A stretch of DNA of 62,933 nucleotides, filler included, from Calcarisporiella thermophila CBS 279.70 (GCF_041956535.1; 5 parts of 5 records of this genome joined end to end with filler, not necessarily neighbours in it), one strand, 5' to 3'; shown: positions 51,312 through 62,933, counted from the whole stretch's first letter. The notes: generated from the sequence alone by a model not told the origin. Translations and numbers: made by a program.

Positions 51312-53995
51312 TCAGAGCCTATTTTCATATACAACCCAATTCGAGCCCATCAGGAGAGGGAGATCTGCACGCGATATAAGGGTAACTGAGTGGCCACGGA
51401 CAAGGCACCTTTCTGTCATCCAAGTATTGCTTGTCGTGATATACAGATAGTGGACACCTTCAGGCAGAGTCTTATCAAGTTCGAGCTTCAGAGATGCGAA
51501 ATTTGGAAACCGCGGAGTTTTTTCTTTAGTCAGGCAAAGAGACATATAGTATTCGATAATTGACATATTATTCCTCGTACATGTATTCTTCGTTTTCTTG
51601 ATGAGTCGTTTTTTGAGATCAGTGACTTTGGACCTGTGTTCGTTGTATGGTGACAAGGATATTTGGATAAAGTATAGTTCGCAGTCTGTCGAATATGCCA
51701 GTAGGTCTGCGACCGAGTGTCCCTTTCCAGAATCATTAGAGTCCCCGGTTCCAAGGCCGGTATGGCATTCAAAGTCGAAGTCTGTTCGATTGTTTGAGTG
51801 AGGGTAATATTCCAAATTTTATCTTGTGGTTCTCCCATGAGAGTTCTGCTATTAAAGCGGATATCGATGCGCTTTTGCGGCCTGAAGGTCAAAGTAATCA
51901 GGAGCGCAAATGCTCGCCATTTGAGAGCTGGATCCGCCAACTAACGTGAATTAGAATTTGTAAACACACAAGCATAAAAAATATAAAAACAATTTAGTGA
52001 GCCTACCAATAAATCAATAGATGGTTGATACGATTCCGCCATATACTGGACGAAGGCCCTGATCACGGGAGGACAGACATATACCCAGACTCCTGCTTGT
52101 GATCTAGGGACAAACAAACCGGTGATTTTCCATTGCGACGGTGGTTCCCCCAGTGACATATTTGTAGCAACTGCTGCCGCGTAGTCATGAATTTTTCGCC
52201 GTGCTAAGAGGTCCATTTTCTCTGCACGTTCAAGAGTTTTCCTGATTTTGCTCCTGTAAAACTCGGTAGCTCGATCGTAAAACCCGCCGGTGTCATCACG
52301 GATATTACTGAGAGGAGTGTCCAAACGCGTATGCCAGGCTTCACACCAAAAAAATATCATCCGCGGGACAAGTCCGGAATGATATCGAATCTGATTGGCA
52401 TCAACAACTAAGAAATAGTTAAACATGAAGCGAGGCAATTTCTGCAGACACCATCCGAAGCTAAACCATACCTTCCGGAAGTCGTTTAAAATGCTGTTGG
52501 CATTTCATTATGGAACTGAATTCATGTCATAGGATGGAATGTCAATCATAATCGTCTGTGCATCGGCATTCCGGAATTCTTCATATGGAACAAAAGAAGA
52601 GGAAATGGCATAAAGCCAAAATCCCGAACGCTAGAAGCAGAAACATACATACTGCATTAATAATAATTAAGATACATCCTTTACGAAAGACTTACCAGCT
52701 TGTTTTTGGTAAAGAGATTCAACACTTTGTTATTCACGTATTTGGGAGAGCACCTGGCATTCCATTCATCGACGGCAACGAGAACCGGATAACTGCAAAA
52801 ATTAAGATACAGTATGAGCAAAGTAATCATTCTGTGGAATCAATAGAGATGGACTCACTCAAGCTGTGCACTAAGAAAAACATCACAAATCACCTCCAGA
52901 GTTCTAATTGGATTCTTGTTGATGCAGTTATTAATACAATCATACAGAGATAGATTTTGACTTTGCTCTTCGTTGATGCCAAAATATCGAGATATGGGCT
53001 CATTAACAGTTTTATCGGTCTTGATTTTCTCAAGTTTATCTTTTTCAGCCTTCAAAAAATTCATCAAAATAGTTTTAGCAGCGGCTGCCTGTGAAAGTTG
53101 ACCTAGTTTTCCCGCTGAACAATAAACATAAAGATACAAGTTAATTTTTGTTAGCGATCAATGAAAATAAATTGATGACTTACCTCGTGGAATGTATAAA
53201 ACAAGCCATCCTGAAGCCCGGCAAAAGTTAACGACATGATAAAGAACATATGATTTGCCGGCACCAGCAGATCCCCCTAAACAAATGATGGATGGCTAGC
53301 ATCAGCAGGTATTCAGAAAAAGGAGATAATTCCTCCACCAGATTACTCACTGATAACCTTGCCAACATTGCCAAACCATCCTAACTTGTCAAATACACCC
53401 CTCAAATCCTTGAAAAATTCTAATTGAGCGAGAGCACAATTCCGGATGAGAAATGGCATCTGGATTACATTCAAAGTTGATGGGTCAACATGAGGATAAT
53501 TATCACGCAACATCATCTCATGAAAAACTCCCGTTGGTGCGCCATCCGGCATCAAGGAAGTGTCAAGTAAAATGATGTGATTAACATGTTCCCGTGTGTG
53601 CTGTGTCTGTCAATCCATATAAAGAAATATAATTATTAGTCTTCAATTATTATTGTGCAAATTAATGGCAAAAGCATATCCACCGTGTCATTAATATCGA
53701 GCAAGCTGAAAGGTACCCTGTCTGTGTCCAGATGTGGAAAAGGTTCATCTTCAAAATGATCAGTTTTGAAATCGGTATCATCCTCAGATTTCTCATCATT
53801 CGCGCGGAAACCGGTATGGGAAGGACCAGCCAGAGAATTACTGTTAATCGTATCCTGGGTAGCATCACTAAATATGGAACTTTTGCTACTTTCACCATCT
53901 TCGATACCGGATGTATCAACTTCCGAACGGAGTTTTTTTGTTACTTGTTTTCTTTCGCCTTTAAGGAATCCCTTTCGCTTCTGCAAGCCCGACAT
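51312..53995 (-). pseudogene. Crinkler-like P-loop NTPase (DAP3-like) plus restriction-endonuclease-fold gene, multi-exon, two apparent frameshifts
   Basis: Walker A GSAGAGKS-YVLYHVVNFCRASGWLVLYIP; Walker B VLVAVDEWN; REase-like GHSVADLLAYS...YFIQISLS; frameshifts near 52525 and 51722. Confidence 0.7.
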
Positions 53996-54078
53996 AGTAT
54001 TCATATTATCGATGTACCAATCTTCAGTTTATGATACACATTTTATGTTTAAATACCCAACAAACGATTCGAGCATGC

Positions 54079-54111
54079 AAATGGCGCGAATATTTAATAT
54101 TCGCGCCATTT
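54079..54111. repeat. Perfect palindrome, 16-bp arms, 1-nt centre
   Basis: AAATGGCGCGAATATT-t-AATATTCGCGCCATTT. Confidence 0.92.
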
Positions 54112-54306
54112 AAAGTTTAAAAGAATTGGAACCGCATTTGAGGTCACCAAAATATTTGTGACGTCATACAGGGCGCCGAAAAATGGGTTTCCACAAAAAA
54201 TTCAGACGGGATCAAAAATATAGAAATAAGAATTATGAGATTTGACTGTACCAGACTATTTAGATATAAATCTCCAGAATTATAGCAGTCTTTGAGGGCC
54301 AATAAC

Positions 54307-54535
54307 TTAGGTGAATTTTGAATCTCTATTTGACACGATGCACTTGGGTATCCCGTGCAGCGGAAATAACTTGCACAAATAGAGTTGAGCGAGTTGGGAT
54401 GCTGAGACGGTTCCGTTGATTGCGAAGAAGTGCGCGCGTTTGGTCAACCGATCTACTACTACCCATATTGCGTCGTGACCACCAGGCGTCTGCGGCAGCT
54501 TTGTAATGTAATCCATTGAGACTTCTTGCCATCTC
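54307..54535 (-). mobile_element. Ty3/gypsy integrase fragment
   Basis: SMDYITKLP...DAIWVVVDRLTKRAHF...HGIPKCIVSNRDSKFT (rve core). Confidence 0.9.
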
Positions 54536-56545
54536 TGCGTTGGTTCATAGGGAAAAATGTCCGATTCATTTTTAATTCCAGAAAATCGGCAACGTGTCTT
54601 AGAAAAAATTTTTGAAAAATTTTCTGTGGCTTATTAATTTGCTCGAGTCCAAAATCAGAGCGGTACGTCACCAAATAACTATTTTTCTGAAAATCTGTGC
54701 ATATTAAATTGGATAAATGGTAGTACTAAGTGTAGAAAGTCTTGGGGGAAAGATTTAGAGAGGAGCTTTATTTTATCTTTTTCATTTCTCGATCAGGGAG
54801 TTTGGCTACTTTCTATCCGATTTCATAACTATTATGCGGATAGGCTCATAGGGTAAACATGTCCGAAAAATTTCTTTATCAAAAAAATTGGGAAACTTGA
54901 TTACCGTGTGTAGTATTTAGGTACTCTATCGCATTCGAGCTCTAGCACGGCAATTCAATTCATCAGAAAATTACGGAATCATTTTCAGCACATTGAGGAG
55001 ATTCCAACATCTAGTATCTCTAATATTTGAACATTATGTTGTAGAAGAGGGCCCACATTTGTTTTTTGTGAATGGCAGAGCATGCAATATATAAAGAATG
55101 ATCGATGATTTTTAAGATGATGAATCAGAAGCCAGAGAAAGAGAGAAAAGTATTATTAATACACTCTTCAACTGTTTCATTGTCTGCCCGTGAATGCTTT
55201 GCCATTAAAGAGCACAAGTAAAAGAATACTGAATTATTGCATAAGGCTACTAAGACTCATAGGTATAAAATGCCATGCATCACCAATCGATCTATCAAAG
55301 TTGAAGGTTAGGTTAATTTTTCTATGCAATTATTAACAAAGTAAACGGATATAAGCACTACTGTGACGGCAGAGGGGTAACTCTGACGTCAATAAGTTCC
55401 ATACAAAAGGCTTCGTCTTCATATCTACATATATTTAAAATACAATACTTCAACATATTCCCGGTAAATAATGCAGTAGCAATTTGCAAATTCTTAATTA
55501 AATTCAACAAAATTATAAACTAAACATTGCAGAGTATAGAGTTTGACCCTAATATGTCTTTACTTTCGTTTTACCATACTTTCATCCAATATTAATCTAA
55601 AGGTAATACTATATATGCAGCGTCAATTCGTTGAAAAAGCATTTCCTCGTCAATGGTAAAGCGTTTTTGCACTAGCAATGGGTAATAGAGACCGAGTTGA
55701 CCTAAGTTTGAGTCCATAATCTCATATCTATCACCATTTTCATTCTAAGAATAAACTCCTTTTTTTTAATTATTCAAACTAAGCAGAAGCATATGCTTAC
55801 TATCTTTTCGTTCTTCATATTCAATTCTACTTAATCAATCCACAGCATTATTGTTCAAATAGGAGTTTCCACGTTTTTCACGGATCAAACAAAAAAATTA
55901 TATTTGATCAGTGAAAAACTCACGCTGAGAACTCTATATTTTTATTACAGATTTCGTGTTTTACAATAGATACAATTACGGTTAGAAGCTTTGGCTCGCC
56001 ATATTAAATTATTCTTCAATCAGATCATATCTTTATAATTAACTCTAACCTACATAAAAATTATTTACTATAAAATTCCACCATTTTTATTTCATATAGA
56101 GTAATACAATTATTAATAGGCACTTTAAGAAACAATTTTCTCATAGCATCTTTAGTATCATTCAAAACATTCACTTGGTTTCGAAGCGGAAGATTGGATC
56201 AATGTTATCTTTCGATGACACCGCGACTACGAGATCCTTAATTAGACCAGTGGGCAAGTCGTAAACCTAACAAAGATCATCGAGGTAACAACAACAAAGG
56301 TGACTACTTCAAACTTAACTTTAAGTCATGTGATGAGTTATTCTGTATTGCGCCACATTTCCCATGGTGATATTCCGATCAATTATTGTTCTGTTACACT
56401 TAATCTTTGCACTGCACTGCCATGATATAAAAACCTTATTCTTTGCCCCTTCCTGTGACCCTTAGAGAGCGTATGTATAAAATTTACATGACAACTTAGC
56501 ATTTATATTTTCACCACACTTATATAATACACACATCACACGCGA

Positions 56546-57036
56546 ATGGCAGAGGCATACAGGCAATTTTTCAATAGGCTCTATGAGTCACAACCAGGCT
56601 CCAATGCGGATCAATGCTACGCCGGTAGCGAAGACGGCGAAGAAGCAAAGTCTGCCAACCCGTATAATAACCACGGGATATGCATAGCTTGCAAAGGCCA
56701 CTGTAGAGGAACTGAAAGAGAGTGTAGGGTTAAAAGGGAACGGCTAATCTACACATCTTTCGTACGAGCTTGTGAAGTTCTAGAGAGACACGATCCGGGT
56801 TGGCCGTTGAGACCTGTGGCGATAATGTCTCAGAGACCTGTCGCTACAAACGTTAAATCTGTCGAGGCTGTACCCAACTCCGAATGGGTATACAGAAGTG
56901 AACTTCCAGTTGGATCATTTGAAGAAAGAACCTTGTGCGGCTTCGCGGGGCGATGTAGCAAGGCAGAAATCGCTAACGAGTGCGACGACGATATGAAGAG
57001 ACGGATTAGTGATATTGAGAGGGGGAATGGTACTGT
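56546..57036 (+). CDS. Hypothetical protein, 3' end lost in gap
   Basis: Open frame of more than 160 codons after an AT-rich leader; contains CIACKGHC. Confidence 0.4.
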
Positions 57037-57136
57037 NNNNNNNNNNNNNNNNNNNNNNNNNNNNNNNNNNNNNNNNNNNNTTAATTAATTAANNNNNNNN
57101 NNNNNNNNNNNNNNNNNNNNNNNNNNNNNNNNNNNN

Positions 57137-57189
57137 ATTGTAAGCTACGGAAACTAATAAAAGTCTCCGTTGATTGATCAAAAAAAAAA
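57137..57189 (+). mobile_element. 3' end and polyA of retroelement family C
   Basis: TTGTAAGCTACGGAAACTAATAAAAGTCTCCGTTGATTGATC(A)10, matching 27796-27848. Confidence 0.8.
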
Positions 57190-57207
57190 TATTCGAGAGC
57201 TCCACTA

Positions 57208-57549
57208 GGGGAGGGGGAGGGTTAGTGTAGTGGACTATCCCTCGGATGCCGATGAGAACGGCGTGGGTTCGAATCCCACTTCCCCCACCAGCACTTACCC
57301 TTAGTTTGTGGCTGCTATCCACTTGATCAGAAGCTGAGTCTTGATTATTGAAAAGATCGCCCTTACGATAAGTACAAAAGATTACATCGGTTTCACGTAC
57401 ATGCTATTCACGACAACTGCGATACATGCATATCGATTGAAAGTCTATCGATCAAGGACCTATATCTTGTTATGTTAAGTCCATTGACATTAACTTCATG
57501 TAATATATGGAAATTAAATAAAAGTTTCCATTGATTGATCAAAAAAAAA
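57208..57549 (+). mobile_element. Complete tRNA-derived SINE (342 bp) with 18-bp TSD
   Basis: A-box TAGTGTAGTGG, B-box GGTTCGAATCC, GGGGGAG/TTCCCCC-A-CCA stem, family-C-like hairpin tail and polyA; TATTCGAGAGCTCCACTA at 57190-57207 and 57550-57567. Confidence 0.88.
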
Positions 57550-57567
57550 TATTCGAGAGCTCCACTA

Positions 57568-59021
57568 CCAAGCTCAAACGCAAAGGAGGGTTCTGGTTTA
57601 ATCAGTTCCAAACGTGGCGTACGCTCGGAGGTAGCCCAGTAGCATCACCAAACTGGACTGCGACTGAGGTCTTGTCCCTACTTCTCTACAAGTGCCAGTT
57701 AATCACAGACGAGGGCCGACAGATGGAGGAGCCAAAACCCCCAACACCGCCATACCTCCTCAATGAGACACTAACTTTCGTACGCTGGGGAGGACAAATC
57801 GAGTGCAGATCGCTCCATAATCAGGTTTTATTTGACAGGAATATTGGAAGGCAATCGGAAATGGAGCGTAGATACTCTGCGCTCCCTACTGAAAAGCTAA
57901 GGAACGTGTGCCACCGCCGATACTGCAGCCGTTCTCTTGGATGGGAGCTCCGTTACCTCAACTTACCCCCGAGCTTAGTTGCAAAGGTCACGGAGTGTAC
58001 CGATATACCGCAACAACACCCTCACCCCCGTTTCCCACTTTATCACTGCCACCTGGCCGGCAGGCCTGTCGTAGAATAGTCCACCCGACAAGGACGTCAC
58101 TTCCGGCGCAACGGCTCTCTAGAGCCGAACATATTGGTGCCTCAATCCTGGCCAGAGGCTGGATCTACACCCGAGGATTGGAAGAAAATCTGGACTTCCG
58201 TCCACAAACGACTCACCCTCCCAAAACACCGTGCGTTACGCTGGCGGATTCCTGTGGAACGAGTGATCACTAACTCGACATTTCCTGGTCACGATCCGAA
58301 GTGCACCCGATGTAACGCCTCGAGAGACACAATTCGTCATACTTTCTTCGAATGTCTTGAACTCACACCAGTATGGCAATGGGCGGAGAGGTGCATCGTC
58401 ACCATCACAGGCCCCCAGAATACTCCGGTGCTGACTGCTCGCAACTTCATACTAGGAGACCTCACGGAATCCTCGAGAACAGCGAGACACGTAGCCCGAA
58501 TTACTTTTGACTCGGTGTTGTGGCAAATCCACCGAGATCGGATCGCCTTTCATTTCGAAAGCACCCGAGCCTCACCCGAAATAATCATCAACCGGGCCAA
58601 ACTAGATATTGAGGAAGTGATAGGAGCCGAACTAATCCGAGCACGTAAAAACCGGCAAATCGAACAGTTTCGAAGAAGGTGGTGCAAGCTGGGTGCGGTT
58701 AGAGAAGGAGCGATCGGGGCGGTACTGATACTGGGATAACGCAGTAACCCCTACCTTATCCCCCTCTTATCCTCTGCTTCTATTTGTTTACTACCCACCC
58801 CATTTCTCCTGTTATCCTTTGATATCCACAGTTAGTTGAGTTTCACCACTCCCTTACCTATTTGAGCTGAAATTCGATATGACCAACATGTCCTTTCGAT
58901 CTACGATATCATCCAAAGCTTTAGCTCCGGCTTCCCTTTCACTTTATTGCTTATAATAATGTAACAATTGTATTTTAGAGTCTTCCTATACAATAAAGAC
59001 TCGGCATTGATAAAAAAAAAA
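57568..59021 (+). mobile_element. 5'-truncated L1/Tx1-like non-LTR retrotransposon, family B
   Basis: ORF2 C-terminal half with one in-frame stop (58077-58079); zf-RVT LRWRI...CTRC...DTIRHTFFEC; 3' UTR; polyA 59012-59021. Confidence 0.92.
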
Positions 59022-59039
59022 GGTGTTCGAGAGCACAAG

Positions 59040-59722
59040 CTCTAGAATACAATCGTTACATTATTAAAATTAATAAAATGAGAGAAAAGCTGAATGTTAG
59101 CGCGGTATTGCAATTTGGGATAATTTGATCATGACAAATTTTCTCCTCAAATGGGTAGATGAGAAATAAAGCTCAACTAACTGTGGGTATTAGGGAACGG
59201 CTTGATAGGTGATATGGAGAGAGAGATATGAAGAAAGAAAAGGGCTAGTAGTGGGGGCTACTGCGTCAGTCCAGTTCTAGAGCCGCTCTATTAGCTCCTA
59301 CTTTCACCGCACCCATTTTACACCACCTGCTTCGGAACTGTTCAATTTGTCGCTTTATTCGGGCCCTTGTTAATTCGGCTCCTATAGCCTCCTCAATATC
59401 CAGCTTGGCCCGATTGATGATGGTTTCGGAGAGGCTCGAGTGTTTTCAAAATGAAAGGCAATGCGATCCCGATGGATTTGCCATAACACCGAATCGAAGA
59501 TGATTTGAGTCGCTTGTCTTACTGTCCTCGGGGCTTCAGGTAGGTCGCCAAGTACGAGATTCCTGGGGTTCAGCACCTGAGTGTTTAGGTGGCCTGAGAT
59601 GGTGTTGATACACCTCTCCGCCCAATGCCACACTGATGTGAGTTCGGGACATTCGAAGAAGGTATGACGGATGGTATCCCTCGGAGCGTTACAGCGGGTA
59701 CATTTCGGGTCATGACCGGAGA
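59040..59722 (-). mobile_element. Family B non-LTR copy, 5'-truncated and missing its extreme 3' end
   Basis: GHDPKCTRCNAPRDTIRHTFFECP...WQIHRDRIAFHFE; UTR similar to 27390-27620. Confidence 0.9.
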
Positions 59723-59724
59723 GC

Positions 59725-59902
59725 TTTTTTTTTACAGGATCTTTATTGAAAAGTATCCTTTTTAGTAATAAAATGACTTGACAGTTCTCCGAAATAAGGA
59801 ATACATGTACGTAATGGTAGAGCGTGTGAATAACATCCTATTTTTCAAGGACGGTATTATACAAGAAAGAAAGGAATATAAACAAACAAAAAAAAAGGAA
59901 AA
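59725..59902 (-). mobile_element. 3' UTR and polyA of a family A-related element (runs into gap)
   Basis: PolyT then GATCTTTATTGAAAAGTATCCTTTTTAG...CCTATTTTTCAAG, homologous to 24735-24860. Confidence 0.8.
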
Positions 59903-61213
59903 NNNNNNNNNNNNNNNNNNNNNNNNNNNNNNNNNNNNNNNNNNNNTTAATTAATTAANNNNNNNNNNNNNNNNNNNNNNNNNNNNNNNNNNNNNNNNNN
60001 NNTATTGGAACAGCTTGACAAGAGAAAAGTAAACGCAAACGGAGTTATTTGGCCTCACATTGTAAATATCATTGCTTTTGCAAATATGTTAGATTTATTA
60101 TTTTGTGATACGTGGAACATTTTTTTCCAATTTTTTTTTTTGTAGATGATATATTTTTTTCAAATTTTCAATAAACATCGTATTTTCATTACTATAATAT
60201 TCACTTTAACATAACAGAAAAGATAGTATGATGACACTTGATAATTTTAAGAATAGATAATCTAAGGTATACCTGAATATACCATACCTAACTATATTTT
60301 TTGAAGAATGAATTTTTTATCCTATAAATTTTGCAGTATTTTCAATACAGGTGCTAAATGAAAATATTTTACATGCACATACGATGTAAAAATATTTCGT
60401 AAGTTATAATGCGATTTACTTGAGTCGACGAAGAATCACGGAAAGCTTGAGCCGTTACTTATATAATAAATGAGGAAATATAGGGATAGCGGCAAAAAGC
60501 TATATAAAATATTTTTTTAACGACTCGCAATGTTTTACGTCTAGTTTTTTGTGTAGTATTAGGAAATATCTCACGCCATATTTGTTATAGATCGTGTCTT
60601 AAAATATTTGTCTTAACATTGGATTATTACCGTTATCAAAGTCTATAATGGGTATATGAAAGTAAAAGTTCACGGAAAAAGGAATCGCCACCTCCGATTG
60701 CGGACTTTATGACTAACTTGGCATTTTGTCATTCAAAGCTTTCCAACCCTGAGATAAGTCACTGAACTATTCCTAATTTGGTTCGATGCAATTAATCCCA
60801 ACCATTGCAATAATTCGATCGATCCCAGCTTGTTAATTTCATTACGGAATAATTGTTGAGGGGTTGTACGGGAAAAGATTATCCATGGAAAACTCAGTGC
60901 GTTTCCAGTTGGAGAGTTACAACCATGACTCCCCCATGAATTTTTGCGTATCGCATTTTGATCAGATGTCATATAACTGACAACCCGAGTGCTTGACAAG
61001 CTTCGAATATTTCTAGGAGAGCAAAATCGTTTAACCTTCACGGAGAAAACTTTTGGTTTGTATGCCCCACTTCTCTACTACTCTCGCAAAACTAAATGCC
61101 GAACGAACAATTATAAAGTGTCTCTTTCTCTGACGTGAAAGGGTTTTCTACAATATTCTATACTTTATCCCTTATATCTCTTTATCTCTTGAAGTAACTG
61201 ATACACAATCAAT

Positions 61214-62933
61214 ATGCCTGTCGCTGAAGTACTCTCAACTCAGCTTGAAGCATCATCTGAGATGAAAGGAATTGAAAATATAGTGCGAGTTGTGCAGAAT
61301 AATGCAAAAGTCATCCCCAATAAACCCTATATCATGTATGGAAGTGAAAATGGGGAATACACAAACTACACATTCAAGCAGTTTGACAATGTCACCACCT
61401 CCGAGGCTCTCTACTGGTCGTCAAAGCTGAACACACCAGAGGGGTCAGCACGTAAGGTCGTGGCTCTGCTTCTTACAAGCTCACACTACATCCCTATCAT
61501 CGTAATTGCACTTGCCAAGCTGAATATAGTCCCGTTGTTGTTGAGCGTTCGCAATTCTCCAGAGGCAATCAGGCATCTCGCTAAAGAGGCAGGTGCGTTT
61601 GCGTTGATCCATGACGTTACCACGGAACCACTAGCAAAGACAGCGATGCAGAAGGATGTCAGCATCGACATTCAGGCGATGCATTATCCCGATTTGACCA
61701 AGGAGGTATTAGATCAAGAGGTGGATGGTGCAGGGGTAGTTAAAAATGACCAAAGGTAATCGCCGTCGATTTGGCGTGATGAGAATGAGAATACTAATAT
61801 ATGGAATCGTTTTCTATGTTTTCATAGATACCACGATGATTTTATCATTCTACATAGTTCTGGAAGCACCGCATTCCCAAAACTTATTACACAGAGTCAT
61901 CGCTATGTACTTTTGAATGGTACTGCATTAAAATCATCATATAAGACAACTGTCAATAATAACGATATTTATCTGTGTATTGCGCCTCTTTTCCATACCA
62001 TGGGTATGATGTCAACAATGGGTCATGGCCTTAGCCAAGGAACAACGATAGCACTCTTACTGGCGAAATCATTTCCAGCAAGACCTGAGGATGTATTCAA
62101 TAGTTTAGAAAAATCGGCCGCCGACTTTTTCATCACCACTCCAAGTATTCTCGAGCAACTGATCAAGCTTATTGAATCGGATTCCACTCGGTATAGCTGG
62201 GATACGCTCAGGAAACTTAAGTATCTTGCATATGGCGGCTCAGCATGTCCAAAGGAGTTGGGTGACAAAATTGCAGCCAAGGGTGTAAATCTGGTGAGTG
62301 CATATGGCTCCACGGAAACGGGCATGCTTATGTACGGTGATTTTGCTGATGTGAAGAATTGGTCTGGAATGAAACTCCACCCATCGGTGCACGTTAAGTG
62401 GGTCGAAGTGCCGAATGGAGAAAAGGGCGAATATGAACTTGTAGTCCTTTCCAGTAGTCCCCATTCTGCAGACAAAATTGCAAATCTCCCTGGAGAAAAT
62501 TATGCTACCCGCGACGTTTTCATTGAGCGCGATGGTTGGATGTATTTCCAATACCGTTTGGATGATACTTTGGTTCATGTCAATGGTGAAAAGACGAACC
62601 CACTTCCTATTGAGGAGAGCCTGCGCTCTCATCCGCTGATTGAGAATGCCTGTGTTGTTGGTGCGGGGCGATTCTGCACTGCCGCACTTATACAGTTGCA
62701 CGCTGAAGAGGCTGAAAGGTTACCGCTTAAGCAGGTTCTGGAGCAAGTGAAGCTGGCTATCCATCATGCAAACCGCGCTGCCCCACAGCATTCCCAAGTG
62801 GTGGATGAGATGGTCTACATCCTCCCACTGCGTGGTAAAAGCCTATGCACTGCCGATAAAGGTAGCATCAAACGCAGGGTGATCGAGAAGGAATTTGCAA
62901 AAGAAATCGACGAGTTGTATGCCTCATTCCTTG
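61214..62933 (+). CDS. NRPS-like adenylate-forming enzyme (A domain; probably A-T-R reductase), truncated by the window end; intron 61756-61827
   Basis: LLSVRNSPEAI, ILHSSGSTAFPK, PLFH, YGSTETG, TRDVF, RLDDTLVHVNGEKTNPLPIE, TADKGSIKR. Confidence 0.9.

Noticed and set aside
52741-53280. Mitochondrial ribosomal DAP3/RSM23 orthologue
   Set aside because: Only the NTPase motifs match; there is no mitochondrial presequence, there is an extra REase-like domain and there are frameshifts.
57213-57290. Functional tRNA gene
   Set aside because: The D and anticodon arms do not fold canonically, CCA is encoded and there is no T-run terminator; better explained as a SINE head.
57190-57567. CRISPR-like repeat-spacer
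   Set aside because: Only two repeats 342 bp apart in a eukaryotic context; explained as a target-site duplication.

Overview
This is eukaryotic DNA from an AT-rich, intron-containing fungal scaffold; gene content and architecture suggest an early-diverging fungus, but the species cannot be determined from the sequence alone. There are seven N-gaps, four of them artificial TTAATTAATTAA contig linkers. The left third is mostly housekeeping: tRNA-Ala, LHS1, BET5, a DUF4436 protein, an LRR protein, tRNA-Val, RPC19/SWC5, a multi-fasciclin protein and a Gti1/Pac2 regulator. It also holds a secreted prepro-peptide whose mature part is 50% Met and an orphan ORF with a CNF1-like Cys/His motif. The right part is accessory: a methyltransferase, a 7TM protein, an HExxH protease with a 10-aa repeat tail, two beta-gamma-crystallin-like secreted proteins, a frameshifted Crinkler-like NTPase-REase gene, Tc1 and gypsy remnants, and an NRPS-like gene cut by the window edge. 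The most striking system is a set of at least four L1/Tx1-like non-LTR retrotransposon families, stacked head-to-tail and antiparallel immediately upstream of tRNA-Arg and tRNA-Thr. They are accompanied by a complete 342-bp tRNA-derived SINE with an 18-bp TSD, a retained CCA and a covarying 3' hairpin shared with one of the families. Together these suggest a tRNA-gene-targeted LINE/SINE system reminiscent of Dictyostelium TRE5.
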